Shown one piece after another: positions 1-10,354 of a stretch of DNA of 64,000 nucleotides; positions within the stretch are counted from its first letter, which is position 1; every line of letters starts with the position of its first letter. Position numbers and translations under genes: made by a program. The notes below the pieces were generated by a model that was not told the DNA's origin, ran no database searches, and saw only the letters and a program-made list of their open reading frames with translations. Source of the stretch: Gammaproteobacteria bacterium (GTDB lineage: Bacteria; Pseudomonadota; Gammaproteobacteria; JAUZRS01); NCBI GenBank assembly GCA_030949385.1, contig JAUZSP010000003.1, forward strand, positions 453,670 to 517,669. The letters run 5' to 3'.

Positions 1-1260
1 TTGAGTGCAACGGCAACGGTTTATGTTGTGGTGAGTACCACGGCACCCTTGGTTCATATCAGCAGTGAAGATACGGTGACCACCGTGGCAGGATTAAATG
101 CTCAACTGTTAATCGGTGAAGTAAACAGTATGACCAGCAGTGCTCAAGGTGGCACGGTGGTGAGGAATGCCAATGGCACGGTCTCTTATACGCCGCCGCT
201 GAATTTTTTCGGTAATGATACCTTTGGTTATCTGGATGTGAATAATAACGCTGGCAGTGTTGATTTGACGGTGACGGCAGTGAACGATGCACCTGTTGCG
301 AATAATATGCCCTCTTTGATTGTCAATGAAGATACAGTAAAAATCGGTCAGTTGGCTGGCTCCGACGTTGATGGTGATGCGATTACCTTTCAAGCCGGAC
401 AGGTGTCTGCTAGCGGTGGTTCCGTGGTGGTTAACCCTAATGGCACCTTTGTCTTTACTCCAGATGCCAACTTCAATGGGCTAGGCGTTTTTAACTTTGT
501 AGTGGTAGATGACAAGGGTGCCAGCTCACAAGCGGTAACGGTTACCGTTAATGTGATTCCGGTGCCTGATCCACCGACAGCAACGGAAGATCTTTACAGT
601 GTTGATGAAGATGCTGTTTTGATAGGAGATCCAAATGTAAACAGTCAGATTGATGGTCTGTTAGAAAACGATGTGGACATTGATAATTCACTGAATCCGA
701 CCTTCAGTGTGGTGGGTTTTGATGCTCGTAGTCTTAAGGGTGGTACGGTCAGTGTTGAGGCCAACGGTAAATTCAGTTACACACCCGCAAAAGATTTTAA
801 TGGTGTAGATCGCTTCCAATACACGATTACCAATGGCTTGGCGCAAGGTACAGGAACGGTAACCATCACGGTCAATCCGAGTCGAGATGCAAACATTGCG
901 GCAGATGTTGTAGAGGATATCGTTTTTAATGGCAGTTTCACCACAGCTAATTTATTAGCCAGTAGTTCATTGGCTGCTTTGGCCACGATCAGTGTGGATC
1001 AAAGCAGTGCCAATGGCGGCACGATTTTGGATCACGGTGACGGTACGTTCACCTACACACCGGCGGCGAACTTTGCTGGCAATGACAGCTTTACCTACAC
1101 TATTACCGATTCGGTTACAGGTTCGAAGGAGGTTGCTACTATCAGCGTTACTGTGGCGGCCAAACCGGTTGTTACGAAGAGCGGTGGCGGTGCGTTGGCT
1201 CCTTTGATGTTGTTAACACTGTTTATACTGCTGATGCAGAGACGGCGTTTTTTGCGCTGA
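1..1260 (+). CDS. C-terminal fragment of a large VCBS/cadherin-like repeat surface adhesin (5' end outside window) ending in a GlyGly-CTERM sorting signal
   Basis: Repeated ~95-aa units with the pattern G.V..N.DGTF.YTP..NF.G.DSF.YT..D (VCBS/Ig-like). The C-terminus KSGGGALAPLMLLTLFILLMQRRRFLR is a Gly-rich motif, a hydrophobic TM and a basic cluster (GlyGly-CTERM). The ORF is open to position 1. Confidence 0.7.
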   Translation: MSATATVYVVVSTTAPLVHISSEDTVTTVAGLNAQLLIGEVNSMTSSAQGGTVVRNANGTVSYTPPLNFFGNDTFGYLDVNNNAGSVDLTVTAVNDAPVANNMPSLIVNEDTVKIGQLAGSDVDGDAITFQAGQVSASGGSVVVNPNGTFVFTPDANFNGLGVFNFVVVDDKGASSQAVTVTVNVIPVPDPPTATEDLYSVDEDAVLIGDPNVNSQIDGLLENDVDIDNSLNPTFSVVGFDARSLKGGTVSVEANGKFSYTPAKDFNGVDRFQYTITNGLAQGTGTVTITVNPSRDANIAADVVEDIVFNGSFTTANLLASSSLAALATISVDQSSANGGTILDHGDGTFTYTPAANFAGNDSFTYTITDSVTGSKEVATISVTVAAKPVVTKSGGGALAPLMLLTLFILLMQRRRFLR

Positions 1261-1279
1261 GGCAATTTGAACTTTGATG

Positions 1280-1309
1280 AAAAAACCCCGCAACTGCGGG
1301 GTTTTTTTA
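1280..1309. terminator. Bidirectional rho-independent terminator between convergent genes
   Basis: aaaaaaccccgc-aact-gcggggttttttt: a GC-rich 6-bp stem flanked by an A-run and a T-run, usable on both strands. Confidence 0.7.
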
Positions 1310-1317
1310 TGCCTGTT

Positions 1318-2484
1318 TCAGTCCCGTCTCAGTTTCGCATCCACCGCCATTGGAGTGGGATAAAAACGTACGATCCAATACGAAGAGATGGTGAAGCTGA
1401 TAATGGTGGCGGCTTGAATCAGGTATGAGCCTTTGGGGCTGAGCAGTTCGGTTTCCGAAGCCACGATGGCCACCAACAGAGCAAATTCGCTGATTTGGCC
1501 TAAGCGTACCCCTATTTCGTGAGCACTTTTTTGTTGTTCACCACCCTGTTGAAGCAGCCGCTTGAATAACCACGGCTTAAACAACAGCGAGAGCAGCGCC
1601 AAAGCCAAAGCGGGCAGCAGCACGTCAGGCAGCATCGCTAAATTAAAGCCCGCACCGAGGGCGAAAAAGAACATCACCAAGAAAAAGTCTCGCAGCGGTT
1701 TGAGGTTTTCGGCGATATAACGGGCGATGGGGTTGGTAGCCAAGGTAATACCGGCGATAAAGGCACCGATCTCGTGAGAGAGGCCGATCACTTCTGCCAG
1801 TTCGGCCAGACCTAGACACCAGCCGATGGCGAGCAGAAAAATATACTCTTTGATTTGATCAAAAGACATCAACAGGTGAGTGATGACGTATTTGGAAAAA
1901 TAATAGGCAAACAGCATCAGCGCAGGCAGAGAAACGAGCAGCAGTGCCATGTCGATCCAGGGGTTGTGGCTGTTACCAAAGCCTTGCAGCAACAACAGAA
2001 CGGTGATGGCGAGCATGTCTTGCAGTAGCAGCACGGAGACGATCACCTCGCCCATGCGCTGGTGATGCAGTGCGGTGGTGGGCAGCAGTTTTAGGCCGAT
2101 AATGGTGCTGGAGAACATCATCGCTGCGCCGATCAGCAGGCTGTCCAGTAGCGCAAAACCAAACAAAAACGCCACCAGAAAACCGAGCAGAGCAAAGGCC
2201 GCGGAGGAAATCAGAGTGATCAAGGTGGCTTCGCGCAGCAGCCGTTTCAGCTCTTGCGGCTCCAAATTGAGTCCGAGTAGAAAGAGCAGAAAAATAATAC
2301 CCACATCGGCAATGTCGCGAATCAGGCTGGGATCGGAGACCAGTGACAGCCCCGAAGGGCCAAACAGCAGGCCGATGGCAATGTAGGCCACCAACAGTGC
2401 TTGCCGAGCGTAGAGCGCGAGCGTGGCCAGCAGAGCGGCACCACTGAAGATAAGAAAGATCGAAAAAATAATTGAATCGTGCAT
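1318..2484 (-). CDS. Monovalent cation:proton antiporter (CPA2 / Na+/H+ exchanger family) membrane protein
   Basis: 388 aa and highly hydrophobic with about 11-12 predicted TM segments. Kef/NhaP-like composition (GLNLEP, GLSHEIGAF motifs). No KTN domain. Confidence 0.7.
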   Translation of the reverse strand: MHDSIIFSIFLIFSGAALLATLALYARQALLVAYIAIGLLFGPSGLSLVSDPSLIRDIADVGIIFLLFLLGLNLEPQELKRLLREATLITLISSAAFALLGFLVAFLFGFALLDSLLIGAAMMFSSTIIGLKLLPTTALHHQRMGEVIVSVLLLQDMLAITVLLLLQGFGNSHNPWIDMALLLVSLPALMLFAYYFSKYVITHLLMSFDQIKEYIFLLAIGWCLGLAELAEVIGLSHEIGAFIAGITLATNPIARYIAENLKPLRDFFLVMFFFALGAGFNLAMLPDVLLPALALALLSLLFKPWLFKRLLQQGGEQQKSAHEIGVRLGQISEFALLVAIVASETELLSPKGSYLIQAATIISFTISSYWIVRFYPTPMAVDAKLRRD

Positions 2485-2562
2485 AAGGCTGGATAGGACT
2501 TCCTATTTTTATCCTGCTGCGGTAGCGTAGCAGATCATTTTCGAGCCGCTGCGAGACGACCC

Positions 2563-5214
2563 ATGAACAATCCTGCTGCACCTAAGACCATTTATCTTAA
2601 AGAGTACCGTCAGCCGAACTACTGGCTGGAGGAGGTGGCCTTGCGTTTTGAATTGGAGGATCAGGCCACGCGCGTCTACTCCGAACTGAAATTGCATCGC
2701 AACAATGAGGCGACAGACAACCTCTCTTTGTGGTTGGACGGTGAAGCTTTGGAGCTGAAATCGCTGGTCATTGACGGTCGCAGGTTAACAGAGAACGAAT
2801 ATCAAATCTCGGAAAATGGCCTGTTGATTCATGCCGTGCCGGAGAGGTTTTTATTGCAGGTTGAGACGCACATTTATCCACAAAAAAACAGCTCGCTGGA
2901 AGGCTTGTATCGCAGCAGTGGCAATTTCTGCACCCAATGCGAAGCACAGGGCTTTCGAAAAATAACCTACTACCCTGATCGCCCCGATGTGATGGCCACC
3001 TTTACCACCACCCTCGTGGCGGATAAAAAAGCCTATCCGGTGCTGCTTTCCAACGGCAATAAAACCGATTCAGGTGAGCTGGATAACGGTCGCCATTGGG
3101 CAACGTGGCACGACCCCTTTCCCAAACCCAGCTATCTGTTCGCGTTGGTGGCCGGTGATTTGGCACAGATTAATGACACCCATACCACACCCGATGGACG
3201 TGAAATTGCGTTGTCCATTTTTGTTGAACATCACAACCGCGATAAATGCGCTCACGCCATGACTTCATTGCAAAAAGCGATGTTGTGGGATGAAGAGACC
3301 TTCGGGTTGGTTTACGATCTGGACGTTTACATGATCGTGGCGGTGGATGATTTTAATATGGGCGCGATGGAGAACAAGGGCTTGAATGTCTTTAACTCCA
3401 AATACGTTTTGGCCAATTCCGATACGGCCACCGATCAAGATTTTCAGGGCATTGAGGCGGTTATCGGGCATGAATATTTTCATAACTGGACCGGCAACCG
3501 CATCACCTGTCGGGATTGGTTTCAGCTTAGCCTTAAAGAGGGCTTGACGGTTTTCCGTGATCAGGAGTTCAGCTCTGATTTAGGTTCGCGGGCAGTGAAA
3601 CGCATCGAAGATGTGCGCATGTTGCGCGCCCGTCAATTCCCTGAAGACAGTGGCCCGATGGCGCACCCGATTCGCCCTGAAGCCTATATGGAGATCAATA
3701 ACTTCTACACCCTGACCGTCTATGAAAAGGGCGCTGAAGTGATTCGGATGCAGCACACTTTGCTGGGTGAGGCGGGTTTTCGTAACGGTATGGATCTTTA
3801 TTTTGAGCGTTTTGATGGTCAAGCGGTCACCTGTGAGGATTTTGTCACCGCGATGGCCGATGCCAATGGCCGTGATATGAGCCAGTTTATGCGCTGGTAT
3901 TCGCAAGCGGGTACGCCTCAGTTGCAGGTATCAGAAGCCTTTGATGCGGAGAAAAAACAGTACCGCTTAACTTTTAAGCAGCAAGCTCCCACTACACCTG
4001 GGCAGCCTGCTGATGAGAAGTTGCCGTTGCAGATTCCGCTGCGTATGGGTTTGCTCTCGTCCAGTGGCGAGGCGTTGCCCTTGCGGTTGCAGGGTGAAAC
4101 AGAAGCCGATGGGATTGAGCGGGTGTTGGAGATCACGGAGGCCGAGCAGAGTTTTGTCTTTGAGGATATAGAGAAGCAGCCTCATCCCTCTCTGTTGCGC
4201 GGTTTTTCAGCGCCAGTGATTTTACAGATGCAGCGCAGTGATGAGTCATTAGCTTTGCAGATGGCGCACGACAGCGATGCCTTTAATCGTTGGGAAGCGG
4301 GGCAGCAGTTTGCTCAGGGTTTGCTGCTTAAGTTAGTCAAAGCAGTGCAAAGCGGTGCAAAATTGCAGTTGCCTGAGGCATTTGTGGCGGCTTTTTCCAA
4401 ATTATTGCAAGAATCTGCCGCCGATCCCGCTTTTGCCGCTGAAGCTCTGACATTGCCGTCGGAGTTGATGTTGGCTGAGCAGATGGCGGTGATTGATGTG
4501 GATGCCATTCACGCGGCACGTGAGTTTGTTCGTGTGGCGTTGGCAAGAGCGTTAGAGGGGCGTTTTACGGCGGTTTACCAAGCCAACCTGACCGAGGGTG
4601 ACTATTCACCGGATGCTCGTTCCATCGGCAAACGGCGGCTGAAAAACGTCGCGTTGGCCTATCTGGTGAGTCTGCAAAACGAGGCAGCTCTGGAGCTTGT
4701 TGAGCAGCAGTTTGCAGCGGGCAGCAATATGACCGATGTGATGGCGGCGTTACAGGCTTCGAACGGGGTGGCGGGAGAGGTGCGCGAAGCGGCCTTAAGT
4801 CGTTTTTATCAGCAGTGGCAGCAAGACCGTTTGGTGATGGATAAATGGTTTAGTTTACAGGCGATGGCGCAGTTGCCTGACACACTGGAGCAGATCAAAG
4901 CCTTGCGCCAGCACGTTGATTTTGATCTTAAAAACCCGAATCGGGTGCGCTCGTTGTTGGGGGCTTTTGCGATGAGCAATCCAGTGGTGTTTCATCAACA
5001 GGATGGCGCAGGGTATCGTTTTTTTGTGGATCAAATTATTGAGCTGGATCGATTCAATCCGCAAATTTCGGCGCGCTTGGCCACAGCTCTGAGTCGCTGG
5101 TCACGTTACGATAAAAACCGCCAAGGATTGATGAAGGGGCAATTACAGCGCCTTGCCGAGCAAGATCTATCCAAAGATCTGTTTGAGGTGGTGAATAAAA
5201 GTTTAAAAAACTAA
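2563..5214 (+). CDS. pepN: Aminopeptidase N (M1 family zinc metallopeptidase)
   Basis: 883 aa with GAMEN and the zinc-binding HEYFHNWTGN...E (HEXXH-18-E) motif. Length and N-terminal region are typical of PepN. Confidence 0.9.
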   Translation: MNNPAAPKTIYLKEYRQPNYWLEEVALRFELEDQATRVYSELKLHRNNEATDNLSLWLDGEALELKSLVIDGRRLTENEYQISENGLLIHAVPERFLLQVETHIYPQKNSSLEGLYRSSGNFCTQCEAQGFRKITYYPDRPDVMATFTTTLVADKKAYPVLLSNGNKTDSGELDNGRHWATWHDPFPKPSYLFALVAGDLAQINDTHTTPDGREIALSIFVEHHNRDKCAHAMTSLQKAMLWDEETFGLVYDLDVYMIVAVDDFNMGAMENKGLNVFNSKYVLANSDTATDQDFQGIEAVIGHEYFHNWTGNRITCRDWFQLSLKEGLTVFRDQEFSSDLGSRAVKRIEDVRMLRARQFPEDSGPMAHPIRPEAYMEINNFYTLTVYEKGAEVIRMQHTLLGEAGFRNGMDLYFERFDGQAVTCEDFVTAMADANGRDMSQFMRWYSQAGTPQLQVSEAFDAEKKQYRLTFKQQAPTTPGQPADEKLPLQIPLRMGLLSSSGEALPLRLQGETEADGIERVLEITEAEQSFVFEDIEKQPHPSLLRGFSAPVILQMQRSDESLALQMAHDSDAFNRWEAGQQFAQGLLLKLVKAVQSGAKLQLPEAFVAAFSKLLQESAADPAFAAEALTLPSELMLAEQMAVIDVDAIHAAREFVRVALARALEGRFTAVYQANLTEGDYSPDARSIGKRRLKNVALAYLVSLQNEAALELVEQQFAAGSNMTDVMAALQASNGVAGEVREAALSRFYQQWQQDRLVMDKWFSLQAMAQLPDTLEQIKALRQHVDFDLKNPNRVRSLLGAFAMSNPVVFHQQDGAGYRFFVDQIIELDRFNPQISARLATALSRWSRYDKNRQGLMKGQLQRLAEQDLSKDLFEVVNKSLKN

Positions 5215-5227
5215 GGGGAAGAAGAGC

Positions 5228-5698
5228 ATGAAGAGATTTTTAAGTAGAAAAAACAGCGTATTAGCGCTGTTGTCGATGTTGCTTTTGTCGCCGATGAGCC
5301 TCTGGGCACATCACACGGAGAGCCATTTTGATGACAGTTCTCCGCATAAAGTGGTGTATCAACTGAATAAAGCCGATCCGGCTTATCATGATCACATTCT
5401 CTTTTCAGTGGGGGCGGTGCTGCGTAAATACGGCGACGATGTGGAGATTGTGGTGGAGGTGTTCGCTGAGGGGATTCATCTGTTGGCTAAAAATCCTAAG
5501 CGCCCTGTGTCGGAAAAAGTGCAGCAAAAAGTACGTTCGTTGGCCGATTACGGCGTGGCGTTTCATGCCTGTGAGAATACGATGAAATCCTTGCAGTGGG
5601 AGCAGAAGGATATGCTTGATTTTGCTAAAGTGGTTCCCAGTGGGGCAGATGATCTGATGTTGTTGCAAGAGCGGGGATTTTCCTACATTAGCTGGTGA
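5228..5698 (+). CDS. Periplasmic DsrE/DsrF-like (COG1416) sulfur-relay family protein
   Basis: Signal peptide (MKRFLSRKNSVLALLSMLLLSPMSLWA). KVVYQLN..DP.....L start and EIVVEVFAEGIHLL plus conserved Cys in AFHACENTM match the DsrE-like family pattern. Confidence 0.5.
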   Translation: MKRFLSRKNSVLALLSMLLLSPMSLWAHHTESHFDDSSPHKVVYQLNKADPAYHDHILFSVGAVLRKYGDDVEIVVEVFAEGIHLLAKNPKRPVSEKVQQKVRSLADYGVAFHACENTMKSLQWEQKDMLDFAKVVPSGADDLMLLQERGFSYISW

Positions 5699-5911
5699 CT
5701 TTGATAGTTTTGGTGTGCTTTAGACTTTATTCTTAATTATTGAGATGTCGGTCACAAAATACTCGCAAGAGTCGTACTGCTTTTAAGACTGGATTCAGCT
5801 GAATGTCATAATCTGAACTTGTTTCATATATATGACACTCAAGGAAGACAGTACTTCTGCACTTTAGCTTTTGGGCGTTTTTAGAGCAAAGAGAGGCGGA
5901 AATGTTGCAGG

Positions 5912-6376
5912 GTGGTTGAGTCTTGGATAGACAATCAAAGGTGCGCCGTTATGTCAGTAATGTTTTATGTTGTGGTCGGAGTGGTAAGTGTTGTTCTGTT
6001 GTATCAGTTTTCCTTCTATTTTTCGTTGTTGCGGATGAGAGGACGGCGAGTCGTTGATATGGCGAACACGTCTTTTTTTAAACCGAAAGGTCGAGTGTTG
6101 CTCTACTTTTACAGTGATCGCTGTGCGCCGTGCCGTGACATGACCCTACTGGTGGACGGTTTGATGTTGGAAAATGACAATGTGGTCAAGTTGAATGTGC
6201 AGGGTGATGCAGTCCTGGCGCGCGCTTTGGGCATTCGTGCCACCCCCACTTTTGTGGTGGTGGACGATGGCAAAGTGAGCAATGCTCTATTGGGTGCGCA
6301 AAGCATTAAAAAATTACGCTCCCTGTTGAAGCGTGTTGTCGGTAAGACATCGCTGTCTTCAGTGCAGCCGATGTAG
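5912..6376 (+). CDS. Membrane-anchored thioredoxin-family protein (CAPC active site); true start probably ATG at 5951
   Basis: N-terminal TM helix (FYVVVGVVSVVLLYQFSFYF) followed by a thioredoxin fold with LLYFYSDRCAPCRDM and TPTFVVV. Confidence 0.6.
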   Translation: MVESWIDNQRCAVMSVMFYVVVGVVSVVLLYQFSFYFSLLRMRGRRVVDMANTSFFKPKGRVLLYFYSDRCAPCRDMTLLVDGLMLENDNVVKLNVQGDAVLARALGIRATPTFVVVDDGKVSNALLGAQSIKKLRSLLKRVVGKTSLSSVQPM

Positions 6377-6385
6377 CGTTTGTGT

Positions 6386-9300
6386 TTACTCTGAGGTTTT
6401 AAGCCGTTGCAGTTGTTTTTCAATCCGTTTGACTGAGATGGGTGCCGTTGTTCCTAGTTGCTGAGCAAAGAGTGAAACCCTCAGTTCTTCTAACATCCAG
6501 CGCAGTTTTTCCAGTTCAGGCTGTTGTTCCAATGGCCTATTTCGCTGTTTTTCCAATTGAGTTTTACAGGCTTGCCAGAGCGGTTGCAGAGTTAGACGGT
6601 GCTGTCGATCTTTTGTTGGCGCACGTTCCAGTGATTCCAGTCGGCGTAAAATAGCCTGCAAGTAACGTGGGTAGTGGCGTAAATTCTCCAGTGGGATTTG
6701 AGGCAAAAAACCGGCGTAGATCAGATGTGCCAGTTGCTCTTTGATTTCAGTGATGGCTTCGAGTTGATTGAGGGGGATATTGCCTTTGATTTTCACCTGA
6801 ATGTTTTGGTAATGGGTCAGAATTTTTTCCAGCAAAGTTGTTAACTGATTGCTCTGCTCCATTAACTGGCTTTTGCCTAATTCAAGCTGTTTATAAAATC
6901 GTTTCCTCTCTTGTGGTTGCGGTTTTGAGCGGACAAAAGCGGTTAAAATAGCCGCGTCGATCAAATCTTCTTTCAGTTGAGCGCAGTTATCGATGCGGTG
7001 GTAGGAAAGACAGAGTTTTTGGATGTTGGGCAGTTTGCGGCGCAGGTATTTGAGCGGCTCGTTGAGCTGCATTTTGTAGAGCTGACACAGCCCTGCGGGC
7101 ATTACCGCTTGGGCTTTTTCTTTGCTGGAAAACAGCCTCAGCGCGAGGTTTTTGCCCTCTACATTCAAAGCGGGGTAACCGATCAGAGTGATGCCGTTTT
7201 GTTCCAGTTCCAGTGATTCGGGCAGTGTGCCAAAGTCCCAAGCTGTGATGTTAGTTTGTTCAAAACCGTGCTCGGGCGCTTGGCTGATGCTGGCTTCCAC
7301 TGAGCTTTCCAAACCCTGTTGCAGTTGTTTTAAATCGCGCCCTTGTTTGAGCAGTGTGCCTTTAGCATCGACGATTTCAAAACGCATCTGCAGGTGCAGA
7401 GGCACGTTGGCGGGTTGCCAGCTTTCGTTTGGAACACGAACACCGCTCATGCGTAGCAGATGATCCGCCATTGCCTGTGACAGCGGTGTGTTGGAGGGAG
7501 TGAGTGCCTGTAAACACGCTTGGGCGTAGTTGGGTGCGGGGACAAAATTACGGCGTAGATTTTTTGGCAGTGATTTGATCAGCGCGATCATTTTCTCTTC
7601 AAGCAGGCCAGGTACCAGCCACTCGCAGCGCCCAGAGGGGATCTGATTGAGTATCGCCAGCGGTACTTTCAGGGTGATGCCGTCATCGTCACTGCCCGGT
7701 TCAAAGTGGTAGCTCAAGGGCAGGTGTGCTCCAGCGACGTCAAACTGATCGGGAAAACGCTCGTCTGTGACCTGTTCGGCGTCGTGTTGCATCAGCTCTT
7801 CGACTTGCAGATGCAGCATCTTAGGCTCGTTTTGCTCGGTTTTTTTACGCCAGCGTTCAAAGGCGGGGCCGTTATAGATCTCGCTAGGAATACGCTGGGC
7901 GTAAAAGTCGTAGAGCTGCTCTTCGTCGATTAAAATATCGCGGCGGCGTGATTTGGCTTCCAGTTGTTCAACTTCGGCTAACAAGGCTTGATTGTGGTGG
8001 TAAAAGTCGGCTTTGGTCTGATAGTTGCCGTTTACCAAGGCTTCACGCAAAAATATTTCATGAGCTTCAGCGGGGTTGATGGGGCCGTAGTTGATGCGTT
8101 TTTTTTCATTGATGATCAGACCGTAGAGCGCGCTTTTTTCGTAGGCGCCTACTTGGGCGTTGCGTTTTTGCCAGTGGACTTCAAAGTAGCTGCGGCTCAG
8201 CAGCTCGGGGGCTATTTTTTCAATCCAGAGCGGATCAATTTTAGCCACGGTGCGGGCGTAGACGCGGCCTGTTTCGGTGACTTCAGCGGACATGATCCAT
8301 TTGGAGCCTTTTTTAGCCAGTCCAGAGCCAGGGAAAATGTGCAGTTTGCGATTGCGGGTACCGAGGTATTCTCGCTCCTCGCCTTTGAGAGCCACATGAC
8401 TGATCAAGCCGCTTAACAAGGCACGGTGAATGGCATCGTATTCGGCTTCGCTGTCGTTGCTGCGATGCTTCATTTCACTCATCAGGCCACGTAATTGTTT
8501 GTGGGTTTCGATCCATTCGCGCATGCGTAGGTAAGAGACGAAGAGGCTTTTGCACTGTTTGCGCAGCCGGTTTTGTGACAGCTCACCAGCCAGTTGTTGG
8601 TAGTGGTTCCAGAGGTTGAGCAGGCTGAGGAAGTCCGACTGCGGATGCCGGTGCAGGGCGTGAGCTTGGTCGGCGGCCTGTTGTTTTTCCAGTGGTCGTT
8701 CGCGGGGGTCTTGCACTGCCAAGGCGCTGACGATGATCAACACTTCTTTGAGGCAGCCCTCTTGATCGGCGGCCAGCAACATGCGCCCCAGTCGTGGGTC
8801 GATGGGCAGCCGTGCCAGTTTGACTCCTAAGGGGGTCAATTGGCGCTCTGAGTTGACTGCACTCAGCTCGTGCAGCAGGCGGTAGCCGTCGTTGATCAGG
8901 CGGTGGTCGGGGCTATCGACAAAGGGAAAGTGGTCGATTTTGCCCAATTTGAGGCTGCTCATCTGCAAAATCACTGCCGCCAGATTGGTACGCTGGATTT
9001 CCGGTTCGGTAAATTCAGGTCGTTGCAGAAAATCTTCTTCATCATAGAGTCGAATGCAGATACCGGCGGCGACACGTCCACAGCGGCCTTTGCGCTGATT
9101 GGCGGAGGCTTGTGAGACTTTTTCAATGGGTAGGCGTTGCAGTTTGCTGCGCAGGCTGTAACGGGAGATGCGCGCCAAGCCGGGATCAATTACATAACGA
9201 ATGCCTGGCACGGTCAGGGAGGTTTCGGCGACATTGGTGGCCAGCACGATGTGGCGGCCTCGATGGGGTTTGAAGATCTTCTGTTGCTCGCTGTTGGAGA

Positions 9301-10282
9301 GACGAGCAAACAGGGGCAAAATTTCGGTGTGCGGCAGGGCGTGACGACGCAGGGCTTCGGCGGTGTCGCGGATTTCACGTTCGCCTGCGAGAAAGATCAA
9401 AATATCGCCAAGGGGTTCGCGGCTCAGCTCATCTACGGCATCCAATATGGCTTGGTTTTGATCGCGGTCTTGTTCGTCGTTTTGATCGTTGTAGAGAGGG
9501 CGATAACGGACCTCTACCGGATAACTGCGCCCTTCGACGTTGAGAATGGGGGCGTTGTGAAAATGGCTGGCAAAGCGTTCGGGGTCGATGGTGGCGGAGG
9601 TGATGATCAGTTTGAGGTCGGGGCGTTTGGGCAGCAGTTGTTTGAAATAACCGAGCAGAAAATCAATGTTGAGGCTGCGCTCGTGGGCTTCGTCGATGAT
9701 CAGGGTGTCGTATTGCCACAGCAGTGGATCGCTCTGAATCTCCGCCAATAAAATGCCGTCGGTCATCAGTTTGATGTAGCCCTGTTGCTCGCTGATCTGG
9801 CTGCCAAAGCGGACTTTATAACCGACACTGCCGCCCAGCTCGCTTTTTAGTTCGTCGGCGATGCGGGCGGCAACGCTGCGAGCAGCCAGACGGCGCGGCT
9901 GGGTGTGACCGATGAGACCTTTACAGCCACGCCCCAATTCCAGACATATTTTTGGCAGTTGAGTGGTTTTGCCGGAGCCGGTTTCACCGCAGAGAATCAG
10001 AACTTGGTGCTTCTCGATGCAGGCCATGATCTCTTCTTTGGCGGCCACGACCGGTAGATTGTCGGCGTATTCGGGCTTGGGGCTGTTTTCGATGCGCTGA
10101 GCAAGGCGTTGTTGAGAGGCGGTGATCTGCGTTTGCAGTTTTTCCAGATCGTGGATGTGGGGTTTGCCCTGTTGGGCGCGTTTTTTCAACCCGCGCCAGC
10201 GGCGTAGAAAGTGGGGCTGATCTTTGAGTAGGCAGGTTTGAAAGGTTTTATGTAGGTTGTTTAAAACAGTCACGGGGAGCAT
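6386..10282 (-). CDS. hrpA: ATP-dependent RNA helicase HrpA (DEAH-box)
   Basis: 1298 aa with Walker A GETGSGKTTQLP, DEAH box IIDEAHERS, and HA2/OB and long C-terminal regions characteristic of HrpA. Confidence 0.9.
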   Translation of the reverse strand: MLPVTVLNNLHKTFQTCLLKDQPHFLRRWRGLKKRAQQGKPHIHDLEKLQTQITASQQRLAQRIENSPKPEYADNLPVVAAKEEIMACIEKHQVLILCGETGSGKTTQLPKICLELGRGCKGLIGHTQPRRLAARSVAARIADELKSELGGSVGYKVRFGSQISEQQGYIKLMTDGILLAEIQSDPLLWQYDTLIIDEAHERSLNIDFLLGYFKQLLPKRPDLKLIITSATIDPERFASHFHNAPILNVEGRSYPVEVRYRPLYNDQNDEQDRDQNQAILDAVDELSREPLGDILIFLAGEREIRDTAEALRRHALPHTEILPLFARLSNSEQQKIFKPHRGRHIVLATNVAETSLTVPGIRYVIDPGLARISRYSLRSKLQRLPIEKVSQASANQRKGRCGRVAAGICIRLYDEEDFLQRPEFTEPEIQRTNLAAVILQMSSLKLGKIDHFPFVDSPDHRLINDGYRLLHELSAVNSERQLTPLGVKLARLPIDPRLGRMLLAADQEGCLKEVLIIVSALAVQDPRERPLEKQQAADQAHALHRHPQSDFLSLLNLWNHYQQLAGELSQNRLRKQCKSLFVSYLRMREWIETHKQLRGLMSEMKHRSNDSEAEYDAIHRALLSGLISHVALKGEEREYLGTRNRKLHIFPGSGLAKKGSKWIMSAEVTETGRVYARTVAKIDPLWIEKIAPELLSRSYFEVHWQKRNAQVGAYEKSALYGLIINEKKRINYGPINPAEAHEIFLREALVNGNYQTKADFYHHNQALLAEVEQLEAKSRRRDILIDEEQLYDFYAQRIPSEIYNGPAFERWRKKTEQNEPKMLHLQVEELMQHDAEQVTDERFPDQFDVAGAHLPLSYHFEPGSDDDGITLKVPLAILNQIPSGRCEWLVPGLLEEKMIALIKSLPKNLRRNFVPAPNYAQACLQALTPSNTPLSQAMADHLLRMSGVRVPNESWQPANVPLHLQMRFEIVDAKGTLLKQGRDLKQLQQGLESSVEASISQAPEHGFEQTNITAWDFGTLPESLELEQNGITLIGYPALNVEGKNLALRLFSSKEKAQAVMPAGLCQLYKMQLNEPLKYLRRKLPNIQKLCLSYHRIDNCAQLKEDLIDAAILTAFVRSKPQPQERKRFYKQLELGKSQLMEQSNQLTTLLEKILTHYQNIQVKIKGNIPLNQLEAITEIKEQLAHLIYAGFLPQIPLENLRHYPRYLQAILRRLESLERAPTKDRQHRLTLQPLWQACKTQLEKQRNRPLEQQPELEKLRWMLEELRVSLFAQQLGTTAPISVKRIEKQLQRLKTSE

Positions 10283-10354
10283 CCAGAGCAGAGTGTGCCT
10301 CGCAGGGTAAAAAGTTAGCTGCGAAAGGTCAAACGTCTGTTTGAAGTGGGTGGG

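Noticed and set aside
5804-5837. 7-bp inverted repeat tgtcata...tatgaca with a 20-bp spacer upstream of the thioredoxin-like gene
   Set aside because: It is short and AT-rich. The chance occurrence is high, and there is no supporting second copy.
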